Of a stretch of DNA of 50,505 nt, positions 36,821 through 46,651 are shown piece after piece. Under the pieces are notes generated by a model. The model was not told the DNA's origin, searched no databases, and saw only the letters and a list, made by a program, of their open reading frames with translations. The stretch lies in contig JAZKFH010000008.1 in the NCBI GenBank assembly GCA_040386535.1, forward strand, positions 263,102 to 313,606, in the 5' to 3' direction. Source of the DNA: Myxococcota bacterium (GTDB lineage: Bacteria; Myxococcota_A; UBA796; SXON01). Position 1 is the stretch's first letter, and each line of letters begins with the position of its first letter. The position numbers and the translations under genes were made by a program.

Positions 36821-38130
36821 ACCTCCGCGGCCTCGTCCCCACCCTGGCGCTCCCCGCGCTCCTCGGCCTGCCGCTCCTGGCGGCGGCGCTCGCCGTGTTC
36901 GTGCCGCCGCTGCGCGGGGTGGCGTACGGACTCGACGTGGCGTTGGTGCTCGTCGCGGCGGTCGACGCCGTGCGCGTTCTGGGGGTGGGGGTGACCGCCC
37001 GGCGGGTCGCGCGCCGGACGTGGTCCGTCGGGCGGCCCGAGACCGTGCGGGTGGAGCTCGAGCAGCGCTCGGGCCGTCGCCTTGCGGTCGAGGTGCACCA
37101 GAGCGTGTTCCCGGGCTGCGAGGCAGAGGGGCTGCCCGCGGCGATCGTGCTCGGGCGCGTGGGGGCCGTGTCCTGGCGCGCGGTCGGGCGGCAACGCGGC
37201 CGCTTCGCGCTCGGCGCCCACCACGTGCGCGTCCGATCGCCGTGGGGGCTCTGGCAGCGCCAGCTCGACCTGCCCGCCGAAGATCCGGTGCACGTGTTCC
37301 CCGACATCAAGGCGCTCGTCGAGTACGATCTCCTCGCGCGCGCCGGCCGCCAGTCGATGCTCACGCGCTCCGTGCCCCGCCCGGGCAACCTCGCGGAATT
37401 CGAGCGCATGCGGCCGTACGCGCGCGGCGACGAGTACCGCCTCGTCGACTGGAAGGCCACGGCCCGCGCCCGCCAGCCCATCGTGCGGCAGCTGCGCCAC
37501 GCGACGGACCAGAACATCGTCTTCCTGCTCGACCTCGGCCGGGCCATGACCGCGAGCTGGGAGGGCCGCTCGGCGCTCGACGCGGCGCTCGACGCGCTCA
37601 TCCTCACCGGGCACGTCGCGCTCCGGCACCACGACAAGGTGGGCCTCATCGCGTTCGACAGCCGCGTGCGGGCCGTCCTGCCGCCGTCGGCGGGGCCGCG
37701 CGCGCGCCAGACCCTCCTGCGCACCGCCGCCTCGCTCCACCCCAGCCTGGAGGAGCCCGACTACCGCGAGGCCTTCGCGGCCCTGCGCACCCGGGTGCGG
37801 GCGCGGTCGCTGGTGGTGGTGCTCTCCAGCGTGGTCGACGACACCTCCGCGGATCTGCTCGCCCGCCTCTTCGGCACCGTGTCCCGACACCTCGTCGTGT
37901 GGGTGTGCCTCCGCGATCCCGGCGTCGAGGCCCTCGCGGACGCCCCGGCCGACGGCGTGCCCGACACCGCGTGGCGGCGGGGCGCGGCCACCGAGGTGCT
38001 GGAGTGGCGCCGCCGCGTGCTCGACCGCGCGCGGGACCAGGGCGTGCACGTGATCGACGCGCTCCCCGGGGAGGTCACCCCGACGCTCCTCGCGCGCTAC
38101 CTCGACATCAAGGCAAGGCAAACGTTGTGA
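36817..38130 (+). CDS. DUF58 domain (VWA-like) protein
   Basis: EFERMRPYARGDEYRLVDWKATAR, LLDLGRAM, DKVGLIAFD and RSLVVVLS. Confidence 0.93.
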   Translation: MNLRGLVPTLALPALLGLPLLAAALAVFVPPLRGVAYGLDVALVLVAAVDAVRVLGVGVTARRVARRTWSVGRPETVRVELEQRSGRRLAVEVHQSVFPGCEAEGLPAAIVLGRVGAVSWRAVGRQRGRFALGAHHVRVRSPWGLWQRQLDLPAEDPVHVFPDIKALVEYDLLARAGRQSMLTRSVPRPGNLAEFERMRPYARGDEYRLVDWKATARARQPIVRQLRHATDQNIVFLLDLGRAMTASWEGRSALDAALDALILTGHVALRHHDKVGLIAFDSRVRAVLPPSAGPRARQTLLRTAASLHPSLEEPDYREAFAALRTRVRARSLVVVLSSVVDDTSADLLARLFGTVSRHLVVWVCLRDPGVEALADAPADGVPDTAWRRGAATEVLEWRRRVLDRARDQGVHVIDALPGEVTPTLLARYLDIKARQTL

Positions 38131-38666
38131 GCAACGAGACGAACCCGTTCGCGGCCATCCCCTCCGGAGCGGGGTTTGCGGCCCAGGGCGCCCTCGCGCT
38201 CCACCAGGTGGACGGCATGGTGGAGACCCCCACGGGCGGCCGCTGGCCCGCTCGCTGCGTGGTGTGCAACGCCGCGGTCCCCGCGGCGGACTTCGAGGCC
38301 ACCCTGACGTGGCACCCGGGCTGGGTGAAGCTGTTGTTCTTCGTCATCGGCTTCCTCGCGATCTTCGCGATGATGTCCACGAGGGAGCTCGTGCGCCTCG
38401 ACATCGGGATGTGCGCGGAGCACCGGGCGCGGCGCACCCGGCGGCTCAGGGCCTTCACGGGCACGCTTGTCCTGGGCGTCCTCGCCTGGTTCGGCGGCGC
38501 CGCGATCGACGCGGACGTGTTGGCCGTCCTCGGCGTGTTCGCGTCGCTGATCGGCCTCGTCGGCGTCGTGGTCGTCCGCCCTCCGCTGCGGGTCCAGCGC
38601 GTGGAGGGCGACATCGCCTGGATCCGCGTCGGGGCGCCCTTCCTCGCGTCGCTGCCCGAGAAGTGA
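38127..38666 (+). CDS. Hypothetical membrane protein with a putative Zn-binding CxxC...CxxH
   Basis: GTGA coupling, PARCVVCN and GMCAEH, three TM segments. Confidence 0.7.
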   Translation: MSNETNPFAAIPSGAGFAAQGALALHQVDGMVETPTGGRWPARCVVCNAAVPAADFEATLTWHPGWVKLLFFVIGFLAIFAMMSTRELVRLDIGMCAEHRARRTRRLRAFTGTLVLGVLAWFGGAAIDADVLAVLGVFASLIGLVGVVVVRPPLRVQRVEGDIAWIRVGAPFLASLPEK

Positions 38667-38667
38667 G

Positions 38668-38695
38668 CAGGAGCCCGACGAGTCGGGCCCCCGCC
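38668..38695. terminator. Hairpin between convergent genes
   Basis: GCCCGA-CGAG-TCGGGC with imperfect outer pairs. No clear U-tract. Confidence 0.3.
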
Positions 38696-38705
38696 TTCCT
38701 GGGGA

Positions 38706-40043
38706 TCACGCAGCGACCGCCAGCACCCGCGTCGTCGGCGCGTACCACCGCCCCGACCGCCACCGCCACGCGAGCACCCCGAGGAGCACGAACAGCTCCC
38801 CGGTGAGCCCGAGCCACGCACCGACCGCCCCGAGCCCGGCCACCGTCGCGAGCACCACCCCGACCGGCAGCTTGACGCCCCAGGAGAGGACGATGGACGA
38901 CACCAGCGTGAAGCGGGTGTCCCCCGCGCCGTCGAGGGCGAAGTACAACACGGTCGCGACGGCGTCGACCAGCTGGAAGGCGGCCGCGATGAGGAGCAGG
39001 TTGCGGGCGATCGGCACCACGTCGGCGCCGGCGTGGAACGGCGCCATGAGCAGGTCGGGCAGCAGCACGAACCCGAGCCCGCCCACCGCCATCACCGCCA
39101 ACGCGGACGTGATGCCGGCCCGGCACGCCCGCCGCGCCACGTCCGGCTCCTTCGCGCCCACCGCCTGCCCGACGAGCACCGCGGTCGCCTCGGCGATCGC
39201 GAGCCCCGGCAGGAAGCTCAACATCAGCACCCGGATGGCCAGGGTGTGCGCGGCGAGCTGGGCGTCCCCCACCGAGGCGAGCACCCCGGTGAGCGTGGTC
39301 CACGCCGTGATGTCGAGCAGGCGCTGCACGCCGATGGGGAGGCCGAGCCGCGCGCTCTCCGCGAGCAGCGACCGCCGCGGGCGCGCCGAGATCTCCCGCA
39401 GCGTCGGCCACGCCAGCCGCAGGAGCGCCAGCGACGAGAGGGTCAGCGCGATGACGCCGGCCCACGCCGCACCGCGGATCCCCAGCGCGGGGATCGGCCC
39501 CGCGCCCTCGACCAGCACCGCTACGAGCGCGATGTGGCCGAGGTTCGCGGTGACGTGCACGCGCATCGGGGTCCGGGTGTCGCCGCGCCCCTCGAACCAC
39601 GAGGTGAGCGCCATCCCGAGCAGCACCACGGGCGCCGCCAGGGCCTTGACTTGGAAGTACGCGAGCGCCTCGGCCTGCACCGCCGCGCTCCCGCCGAGGA
39701 GGCGGAACACGAGCGGCCCCGTGACGGACGCGAGCGCCACGAGCACGCCCATCGCGAGCCCGAGCCACACGGCCTGCCAGCCGTAGGCGCGGACGATGTG
39801 CTCCCGACCGGCGCCGGTTGCTTGTGCGGTCGCGACGCGCAGGCCGCGTACGAGCCCCATGGGGAGCCCGAGGAAAAGGAACGTGGTGGTGACGCCGAGG
39901 CCCACGGCGGCCAGCGGCACGGTGCCCAGCCGCCCCACGAAGATCGCGTCGGCGGCGGACATCAAGGAGTAGCTGAGCATCGAGATCATGACCGGCCAGG
40001 CGAGGCCGAGCACACGACGGATGTCGAGGGAGAGCGAGGACAT
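38706..40043 (-). CDS. MATE family efflux transporter
   Basis: LAWPV, DAIFVGRLG, AQATGAG, GDTRTPM, LGLPIG, VGQAVGA and LDGAGDTRF. Confidence 0.95.
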   Translation of the reverse strand: MSSLSLDIRRVLGLAWPVMISMLSYSLMSAADAIFVGRLGTVPLAAVGLGVTTTFLFLGLPMGLVRGLRVATAQATGAGREHIVRAYGWQAVWLGLAMGVLVALASVTGPLVFRLLGGSAAVQAEALAYFQVKALAAPVVLLGMALTSWFEGRGDTRTPMRVHVTANLGHIALVAVLVEGAGPIPALGIRGAAWAGVIALTLSSLALLRLAWPTLREISARPRRSLLAESARLGLPIGVQRLLDITAWTTLTGVLASVGDAQLAAHTLAIRVLMLSFLPGLAIAEATAVLVGQAVGAKEPDVARRACRAGITSALAVMAVGGLGFVLLPDLLMAPFHAGADVVPIARNLLLIAAAFQLVDAVATVLYFALDGAGDTRFTLVSSIVLSWGVKLPVGVVLATVAGLGAVGAWLGLTGELFVLLGVLAWRWRSGRWYAPTTRVLAVAA

Positions 40044-40427
40044 GGGACACCGGAGGCCGCCGGAGGCGCGGCCGAAGCACGGGGAGCGCGTCGACACCTT
40101 GGGAGGCGCGACGCGTGGCTCACGCGCACGGAGCGCGGAAAGCCAAATCGGTCAGGGAGGGGACAGCTGCGCGCGAGGCGCGGGGCCGACGACCGCTAGT
40201 GAACCCAGGAGCCGCGAAGTCGGCGCGGGGTGCCGGCTTTGCCATGAGACATGCTGCCAGCCGCGATCGTCGGGGTGTGCGTCATGTTCATGGAAGGGCT
40301 CCGGGGCGGACGGATGTCCACGCGGGCCGAGCAATAGCCCAGGGTCGGGTCGATCCGCAAGGGGATTTCTCGCGGACGCCCCGCGGGTCGCTTTCGCCCC
40401 GCGCCCGCCCGCGTGTCAAACAGGCAC

Positions 40428-41489
40428 ATGTCCACCCTGGCGCTCCTCACCCTCCTCGCCTGCGCCCCCCGCATCCTGTTCGAGGGCTCCATCCCCGATG
40501 ACGGCACCTTCGCGCGCGGCACCCCGGATGCCGCCACCCTCGCGCGCTTCGAGGCCGCGGCGGCGTATAGCGAGCGCCATGCCGGGCGCGGACTGATGAT
40601 CCTGCAAGGCGACGTCGTCTTGTTCGAGGACGAGCAGAACGACCACCCCGCCGAGACCCCCACCGAGATCTTCAGCGGCACGAAGAGCTTCTCGTGCGCC
40701 ATCGCGCTCGCCGCCATCGCGGACGGGTTGCTCGATCTCGACGAGCTCGCCGTGGACACGCTCGACGAGTGGTCGGGTGACACACAAAAGAGCGCCATCC
40801 GTGTCACCGACCTGCTCCACTTCACCAGCGGGTTGAAGGAGGACTTCTTCGCGCTCACCCTCGACGGGATGAACGAGGACCAACGCATCGAGGACAAGTA
40901 CGCCTTCGCGGTCGCACAACCGATTGTCACGCCCGCGGGGGAGGTGTTCGAATACAACGGCACCCACCTCCCCGTCTTCGGCGAGATCATCACGCGCAAG
41001 ACCGGCCAGGATCCGCTCAGCTACCTCGAAGCGCGCGTGTTGGATCCCATCACGTTCCAACACGCCGGCTGGAACCACGACCCCGCCGGCAACCCGATGC
41101 TGGCGTTCGGGGCGTGGACCACCACCAACGAGTGGGCCAAGTTCGGCGTGCTGGTGCGTGACGACGGAGTGTGGCAGGGCACCCAGGTGCTACCCGCCGG
41201 CCAATTCGACACGTGCTTCGTCGGGAGCGCGGCGATGCCGGCGTATGGCCTGAACTTCTGGCTGAACGAGGAGATCAACGAGGGCCAGGCCACCGAGGTG
41301 CCGGTGGGCGGGGTGAAGGGTGGCCAGCGCCTGTTCCCCTCCGCCCCGGACGACCTCGTAGTGGCCGCGGGCGCCAACGACAACCGCCTCTACATCTCGC
41401 GCTCGCTCGATCTGGTCGTGGTACGGGTGTCCGGCCGCGACCTGTTCTGGCGGGACGACGAGTTCCTCCGCCTCCTGCTCGGCGAGTAG
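40428..41489 (+). CDS. Serine hydrolase, beta-lactamase class C/AmpC-like family, lipoprotein
   Basis: [18 protein letters not shown] (SxxK), [13 protein letters not shown] and YGLNFW. Confidence 0.9.
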   Translation: MSTLALLTLLACAPRILFEGSIPDDGTFARGTPDAATLARFEAAAAYSERHAGRGLMILQGDVVLFEDEQNDHPAETPTEIFSGTKSFSCAIALAAIADGLLDLDELAVDTLDEWSGDTQKSAIRVTDLLHFTSGLKEDFFALTLDGMNEDQRIEDKYAFAVAQPIVTPAGEVFEYNGTHLPVFGEIITRKTGQDPLSYLEARVLDPITFQHAGWNHDPAGNPMLAFGAWTTTNEWAKFGVLVRDDGVWQGTQVLPAGQFDTCFVGSAAMPAYGLNFWLNEEINEGQATEVPVGGVKGGQRLFPSAPDDLVVAAGANDNRLYISRSLDLVVVRVSGRDLFWRDDEFLRLLLGE

Positions 41490-41554
41490 CGCGCCACTCG
41501 GCCTTGGATTGCGGGCGGCCTTGGATCGCGCGCGCCACCGGCGTACAAGGGCCC

Positions 41555-41995
41555 ATGGCCGTCGACATCCTCACCGAGATCCACATCGCCCGCCCGCCCG
41601 CACAGGTGTCCGCCTTCGCCGGGGATCCGGACCGCGCGCCCGAGTGGTACGTGAACATCCAATCCGTGGAGTGGCAGACCACGCCGCCCCTCGCCGTCGG
41701 CTCACGCCTCGCGTTCGTGGCCCACTTCCTCGGCCGCCGCCTCGCCTACACCTACGAGATCCGCGAGTTGGTCCCCGGCGCGCGCCTCGTCATGTCCACC
41801 GCCGAGGGCCCCTTTCCGATGGAGACCACCTACACGTGGGAGCCCGCCGAGGGCGGCACGCGCATGACGCTCCGCAACCGGGGCGAGCCCGCGGGCTTCT
41901 CCAAGCTGGTCGCGCCGCTGATGGCGATGGCGATGCGGCGCGCGAACCAGGCGGATCTCGTCAAGCTCAAGGGCCTGTTGGAGGTGGAGTCATGA
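41555..41995 (+). CDS. SRPBCC family protein
   Basis: [40 protein letters not shown] and MRRANQADL. Confidence 0.9.
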   Translation: MAVDILTEIHIARPPAQVSAFAGDPDRAPEWYVNIQSVEWQTTPPLAVGSRLAFVAHFLGRRLAYTYEIRELVPGARLVMSTAEGPFPMETTYTWEPAEGGTRMTLRNRGEPAGFSKLVAPLMAMAMRRANQADLVKLKGLLEVES

Positions 41996-42495
41996 ACACG
42001 AACGTTGCCTGGGTGCTCCTCGCCCTCTTGTTGGGTGCCTGCGGCTCCTCGTCCGTCAAGTTGGGGGACACCGCGGAGCCGGTCGACACGTCCGATCCAT
42101 CCGACACCGCCAACACCGCCGACCTTTCCATGGCCGGAAACTACACGGGCGTCTTGTCGTCGATCCTCGGCACCGGCGCCAACAACGAGGATTGGATCGA
42201 GCGCCGGTGTGAGGGCCCTGTCACCCTCGAGGTCACCGACGCGGGCGAATTGGTCGGCACCGCCGCCTGTGTCGACACCTCCAGCCCCGACGGCGTGGAG
42301 ATCGGGGGCACGTTGAGCGGCACCGTGTCCGAAGGCGCCGTGAACGGGACGTGGGCCTACCTGTTCTGGGGCGAATACACCGGCGAAGCGACGCTCACGG
42401 CCACGCTGACGGAGAGCGGGCTGAGCGGCGCGCTCGCCGACACCGAGGGGAGCTGGTGGGCGCTCTCCGAGGGCACGGTGGTCGCCGAGCGCTGA
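41992..42495 (+). CDS. Hypothetical lipoprotein
   Basis: ATGA coupling, [19 protein letters not shown]-rich linker and a beta-rich body. Confidence 0.8.
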   Translation: MNTNVAWVLLALLLGACGSSSVKLGDTAEPVDTSDPSDTANTADLSMAGNYTGVLSSILGTGANNEDWIERRCEGPVTLEVTDAGELVGTAACVDTSSPDGVEIGGTLSGTVSEGAVNGTWAYLFWGEYTGEATLTATLTESGLSGALADTEGSWWALSEGTVVAER

Positions 42496-42507
42496 CTCCA
42501 CGGCGCC

Positions 42508-43197
42508 CTACCGCACGAACGCCGCGAACGCCGCCGCGTCTCCCCCGAACACGTTCACGTCGACGAACGTGTCGATCCCGTCCACGCGCCCGCGCTGGCC
42601 GTATTGCCACACGGTCCACGGCGGCGCGGGCTCCCAGAAGATGTCACGGACCCAAGCGATGCCCGAGAGTTGGTAGTCGCGCGTGGCGTCACCGGTGGCA
42701 TACAACAGCGGGCGCCGGCCCAGCCCGGCCTCCACGGCATCGGCGTACACGGCCAGCTCCGCCAGCAGCGCCTCGCGGGTGGGGCGCGCGGCGCAGTTGC
42801 CACCAAACTCCACGTCCACCACCGGCGGGAGCGTATTGGGCTCGTCCGGCGTGACCGCGAGGAAGTTGGCGGCCTGCTCCGCGGCGGGCCGGCAGAACGT
42901 GTAGAAGTGATACGCCCCGGGGGCCAACCCGGCGGCCCGCGCGCCAACCCAATTCTCCGCGAACCGCGAATCGCGCCAGTCGCCCCCCTCGGTGGCCTTG
43001 ATCCAAACGAAGCGCCACGCCGCGGCGTCGACCCGCGCCCAATCGATCGCCCCCTGGTGATGCGAAACGTCGAGCCCACGGATCGGCCACCGCGCGCGCG
43101 AGGGCATGTTGAACCACAGGATCCCCTGCCACAAGAGCGCGGCGACGCCGATCGCGGCGGCGACGAGGACGACCGAGGCGTAGAGGAGGCGGCGCAC
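42508..43197 (-). CDS. GH25 family lysozyme/muramidase with N-terminal membrane anchor
   Basis: GLDVSHHQG, IKATEG, GAYHFY, VDVEF, WQY and VDVN. GTG start at 43197 is inferred. Confidence 0.92.
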   Translation of the reverse strand: MRRLLYASVVLVAAAIGVAALLWQGILWFNMPSRARWPIRGLDVSHHQGAIDWARVDAAAWRFVWIKATEGGDWRDSRFAENWVGARAAGLAPGAYHFYTFCRPAAEQAANFLAVTPDEPNTLPPVVDVEFGGNCAARPTREALLAELAVYADAVEAGLGRRPLLYATGDATRDYQLSGIAWVRDIFWEPAPPWTVWQYGQRGRVDGIDTFVDVNVFGGDAAAFAAFVR

Positions 43198-43210
43198 ATG
43201 GGAGCGTAGC

Positions 43211-43353
43211 CGGGGCGTGCCCCGGGCGCGGCGCCCGGGTCGGTGCCTTCCAGGCTCGCGGCGAGGCCGCTCGGTCCGGCCGCTCGCCCGAAAAGCGGCG
43301 ATCGACCGGGACCGGCCGCCGAGGCGGCGGCCGCCTTCCAGGCCCCTCACGCG
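43211..43353 (+). repeat. Dispersed structured intergenic element, full copy
   Basis: CGGGGCGTGC, hairpin (43221-43239), CCTTCCAGG, hairpin, hairpin (43313-43333), CCTTCC-AGGC-CCCTCACGCG. Confidence 0.7.
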
Positions 43354-43430
43354 CGTCTCCCCACTCCTTGCGCCCGATTTGCACAACTCCTCCCCAGGAA
43401 CCGCGCGGACCCCCCGATAACGTTCCAGGC

Positions 43431-44012
43431 ATGTCCAGACGCCAACGTGCCTTCGACCTCGCGTTCGCCACCGCCGGCCTCGCGTTGTTCGCCGTGCCGA
43501 TCACCACCATCGGGGTGGCGGTCCGCGCGGAGGACGGCGGGCCGGTGCTCTTCCGCCAGGAGCGGCTCGGTTTGGGCCGCCGCCCGTTCACCATCCACAA
43601 GGTGCGCACGATGCGCGACGGGCGTGTCACCCGTGTGGGCGCGTGGCTCCGGGCGACAGGCCTCGACGAGACCGCCCAGTTCCTCGACGTGCTGCGTGGC
43701 GACATGCGGATGGTCGGCCCCCGGCCGCTGACCGCCGAGGACGTGCGCCGATTTGGTTACCACGCCGCGAGCGCCGACGATCGGTTCGCCGTGCGCCCCG
43801 GCATCACCGGGCTGGCGCAGGTGGCGGGCGGGCGCACGATCCGAGAGTCCCGACGCTACGACGCCCTCTACGCGCGGCGCAGCTCGCTCGGGCTGGACGC
43901 CACGCTGATCGGCCTGTCCTTCCTCATGAACCTGGTCGGGAAGAAACGCGCTCGTGTCGCCTGGCGCCACGGCCGGCGCCTCGTCCGCCGCGTCCGCCGC
44001 GCCTCCCGCTGA
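43431..44012 (+). CDS. Bacterial sugar transferase (small PglC-type phosphoglycosyl transferase)
   Basis: RAFDL, GPVLFRQERLG, KVRTM, LDETAQF, GDMRMVGPRP and RPGITGLAQV. Confidence 0.92.
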   Translation: MSRRQRAFDLAFATAGLALFAVPITTIGVAVRAEDGGPVLFRQERLGLGRRPFTIHKVRTMRDGRVTRVGAWLRATGLDETAQFLDVLRGDMRMVGPRPLTAEDVRRFGYHAASADDRFAVRPGITGLAQVAGGRTIRESRRYDALYARRSSLGLDATLIGLSFLMNLVGKKRARVAWRHGRRLVRRVRRASR

Positions 44013-44044
44013 TCCAACTCACCCACCCCTCGCGAGGTCCTCCC

Positions 44045-45586
44045 ATGCGCATCGCTCCCGACGCTCCCTTCGTCACGCCCCACCACCCCCTCCGTGCCAC
44101 CCGCGCGATGGTCGAGCCGCCCCCCATCCACCCACCGGCGAGCGCGCCGCTCCAACGTCGGCACGCGCTGTTGATCAACCCGTTCTACGCCAAGGACCCG
44201 CACGCGAGCTTCGGCAAACACGTGCTCACGCCCACCCTGGCGCTCACGTCGGTGGCGGCCTCCACGCCGGCCGAGTGGACGATCCAGTATTGGGACGAGA
44301 ACCTGCTCCAGGGGCCGCCGCCGTGGCAACCGGTGCCCGAGGTGGTCGGGATCAGCGTGCACCTCACGTTCGCCGAGCGTGCGTTCGCGCTGGCACGGGC
44401 GTACCGGCGCCTGGGTGCCAAGGTGGTGTTCGGGGGACTGCACGTGATGAGCTGCCCCGAGGAGTGCGCCCCCCACGCCGACGCGCTCGTGTTCGGCGAC
44501 GGTGTGGCGTTGTGGCCGCGCGTGCTGGCCGACGTGGCACGCGGTCAGTTGGCGCCGCGGTATCACGCCGACTTCGATGGGAACTACGCCGCGGACCCGT
44601 CGCCGCGCCGCGACCTGCTCGACCGCCGCGCGTTCCTGACCACCACGAGCATGAACGCCACGCGCGGGTGTCACAACCGCTGCGGCTTCTGCTATCTGTC
44701 CACCAGCGGCCTGCGCATGCCCTACCGCATGCGCGATCCGGCCACGATCGTGGCCGAGTGGGAGGCCGAGGGCACGCCCTACGCCGTGTTCACCGACAAC
44801 AACCTCGGATCCAATCCAGGGTACCTCCGCGCGTTGTGCGCCGCGCTCCGGCCGCTCGGCAAGATCTGGTCGGCCGCCATCACCATCGACGTCACGGACG
44901 ACCCGAGCCTCGTGCGCGACATGGCGCTGGCCGGCTGCACCGGCGTGTTCATCGGCCTCGAGTCCCTGACCGACCAGAACCTGACCGACGCGCGCAAGCG
45001 CACCTCCCGCACCGAGGACTACGCCCGGCGCGTGCGCATCCTGCACGACAACGGCATCCAGGTGAACACGAGCTTCGTGTTCGGCTTCGATCACGACCGC
45101 CCCGACTGCTTCGCGCGCACCGCCGAGTGGGTGGAGGACAACCGCGTCGAGTGCAGCACCTTCCACATCCTCACGCCGTACCCGAACACGCCGCTGTTCC
45201 GACAGCTCGACGGAGAGGGGCGCATCCTCACGCGGGACTGGAGCCGCTACGACACCGCCCACGCCGTGTTCCGGCCGCGCCACATGACCCCGGAACAGCT
45301 CGAGCAGGGCTACGGGTGGACGTACCGCCACCTGTTCTCGCCCGCCTCCATCTGGGCGCGCCGCCCCGAGGATCCCGCGGCGGTGCTGCCCTACCTCGCC
45401 ATGAGCACGCTCTACAAACGCGCCAATCCCGTGTGGGAGCTGCTCATCCGCACGCGCACGACCCAGGCCGTGTGGTCGCCGCTGGTGGAGTGGAGTCGGC
45501 GGCGGCACGTGGCGGGGCGGCGGGCGCTCGCCGCCCGGGAGACCGCGGTGTTGCCGGGGCCCGCGCCGGTCTACGCGGGGGTGTGA
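44045..45586 (+). CDS. B12-binding domain radical SAM protein
   Basis: LLINP, VVFGGLH, TRGCHNRCGFC, FTDNN, FIGLES and TPYPNTPLF. Start may be ATG 44108. Confidence 0.92.
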   Translation: MRIAPDAPFVTPHHPLRATRAMVEPPPIHPPASAPLQRRHALLINPFYAKDPHASFGKHVLTPTLALTSVAASTPAEWTIQYWDENLLQGPPPWQPVPEVVGISVHLTFAERAFALARAYRRLGAKVVFGGLHVMSCPEECAPHADALVFGDGVALWPRVLADVARGQLAPRYHADFDGNYAADPSPRRDLLDRRAFLTTTSMNATRGCHNRCGFCYLSTSGLRMPYRMRDPATIVAEWEAEGTPYAVFTDNNLGSNPGYLRALCAALRPLGKIWSAAITIDVTDDPSLVRDMALAGCTGVFIGLESLTDQNLTDARKRTSRTEDYARRVRILHDNGIQVNTSFVFGFDHDRPDCFARTAEWVEDNRVECSTFHILTPYPNTPLFRQLDGEGRILTRDWSRYDTAHAVFRPRHMTPEQLEQGYGWTYRHLFSPASIWARRPEDPAAVLPYLAMSTLYKRANPVWELLIRTRTTQAVWSPLVEWSRRRHVAGRRALAARETAVLPGPAPVYAGV

Positions 45587-45668
45587 ACCGCCGGGCGAAG
45601 CGGTATAACGGCGGCGCGACACGACCCGGTGCCCCCTTTCCGGTAAGAATCGTGTAAGTCTCGTCCGC

Positions 45669-46202
45669 ATGCGCGTGCCTTCCGCACCCTGGGTTCTCGT
45701 CGGCGTGCTCGCCCTCGCGCAGGTAGCGTCGGCGCAGGTCGCGACGTCCCGCGTGGCCGCGCGCTCGGTCACCTACGTGTTCACCCCGCTCGTGGACGTG
45801 GTGCCCGGCGGCGTGCCCCTCTCCGGCGGAGAGGCCGCCGACCTCGCGGCGGGCGCCCGCAATCAGGTCGACGCGCGCGACATGCAGCAGGCCTACGCGC
45901 GCCTCGGCTCGACGATCTCGCTCGACGATCTCTTGCGTGGCGTCGAGGGCCTCGAGGCGAGCGGCGCGCTCACCGGCCCGCAGCGCGATCGGGTCCGCCG
46001 CGTGCTCACGCAGGCCTCCGCCGATCATGCCGCGGTGTACGCCGTGCAGGCCGAGATCCTCACGCTGGAGGCCGACCTCGCGCGCCAGTCCGAAGCCCTG
46101 CTCGCGGCCCTCCCGGCGGAGACGCGGGCGCGGATCGACACCACGAAGGGCGCACCGGGCCGTTCCCCCTCGTCGGGATCGCCCTCCGCGAGATCTCCAT
46201 GA
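45669..46202 (+). CDS. Hypothetical exported helical protein with an LTxxQ motif
   Basis: Signal peptide ending in ASA, LTGPQR and a coiled-coil-like segment. ATGA coupling to the next gene. Confidence 0.7.
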   Translation: MRVPSAPWVLVGVLALAQVASAQVATSRVAARSVTYVFTPLVDVVPGGVPLSGGEAADLAAGARNQVDARDMQQAYARLGSTISLDDLLRGVEGLEASGALTGPQRDRVRRVLTQASADHAAVYAVQAEILTLEADLARQSEALLAALPAETRARIDTTKGAPGRSPSSGSPSARSP

Positions 46203-46651
46203 CCCGGCTCCCCTGGGCCCTGGTCGCCCTCCTCGTCGCGTCGTGCGCCTGGAACCTGCGCACGTTCGTCACGTCGGGATCGGGGTTTGCCACGCTCCCG
46301 ATCTTCGTGCCGGTGTCGCTCGAATACGAGCGCCAGATGCGGTCCGCGCGTGGCCAGCCCTCGGGCCGGGGCGGGGAGGAGGCCGTGGCGCTCGCGCGCG
46401 CCCTCACCGAGGAGCCGGGCCTCGACCCCGCGCTCGCGCCCCAGGTGGCCGCGCTCCGTGCCACGCGCGAGCGCCTCCTCGACGCGCGCGGCCGTCGGCA
46501 CGCGCTCAACATCGCCCTGATGGACGTCGGCGTGGCCGTCGCGGCGGAGCTCACCCCCGAGCAATGGGCGGAGATCCACATGAAGCGCGACGTGTTGCGC
46601 GCCCGCACCGAGGCCGAGGTGTTCGACCGCCTGCTGGAGAAGCTCCGATGA
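46199..46651 (+). CDS. Hypothetical membrane-anchored helical protein with an LTxxQ motif
   Basis: N-terminal hydrophobic segment and ELTPEQW. ATGA coupling on both sides. Confidence 0.7.
   Translation: MTRLPWALVALLVASCAWNLRTFVTSGSGFATLPIFVPVSLEYERQMRSARGQPSGRGGEEAVALARALTEEPGLDPALAPQVAALRATRERLLDARGRRHALNIALMDVGVAVAAELTPEQWAEIHMKRDVLRARTEAEVFDRLLEKLR

Noticed and set aside
40428..41489. Bona fide beta-lactamase resistance gene
   Set aside because: It has SxxK and Tyr motifs but lacks the YxN and KTG motifs of AmpC, so a generic esterase or amidase is more likely.
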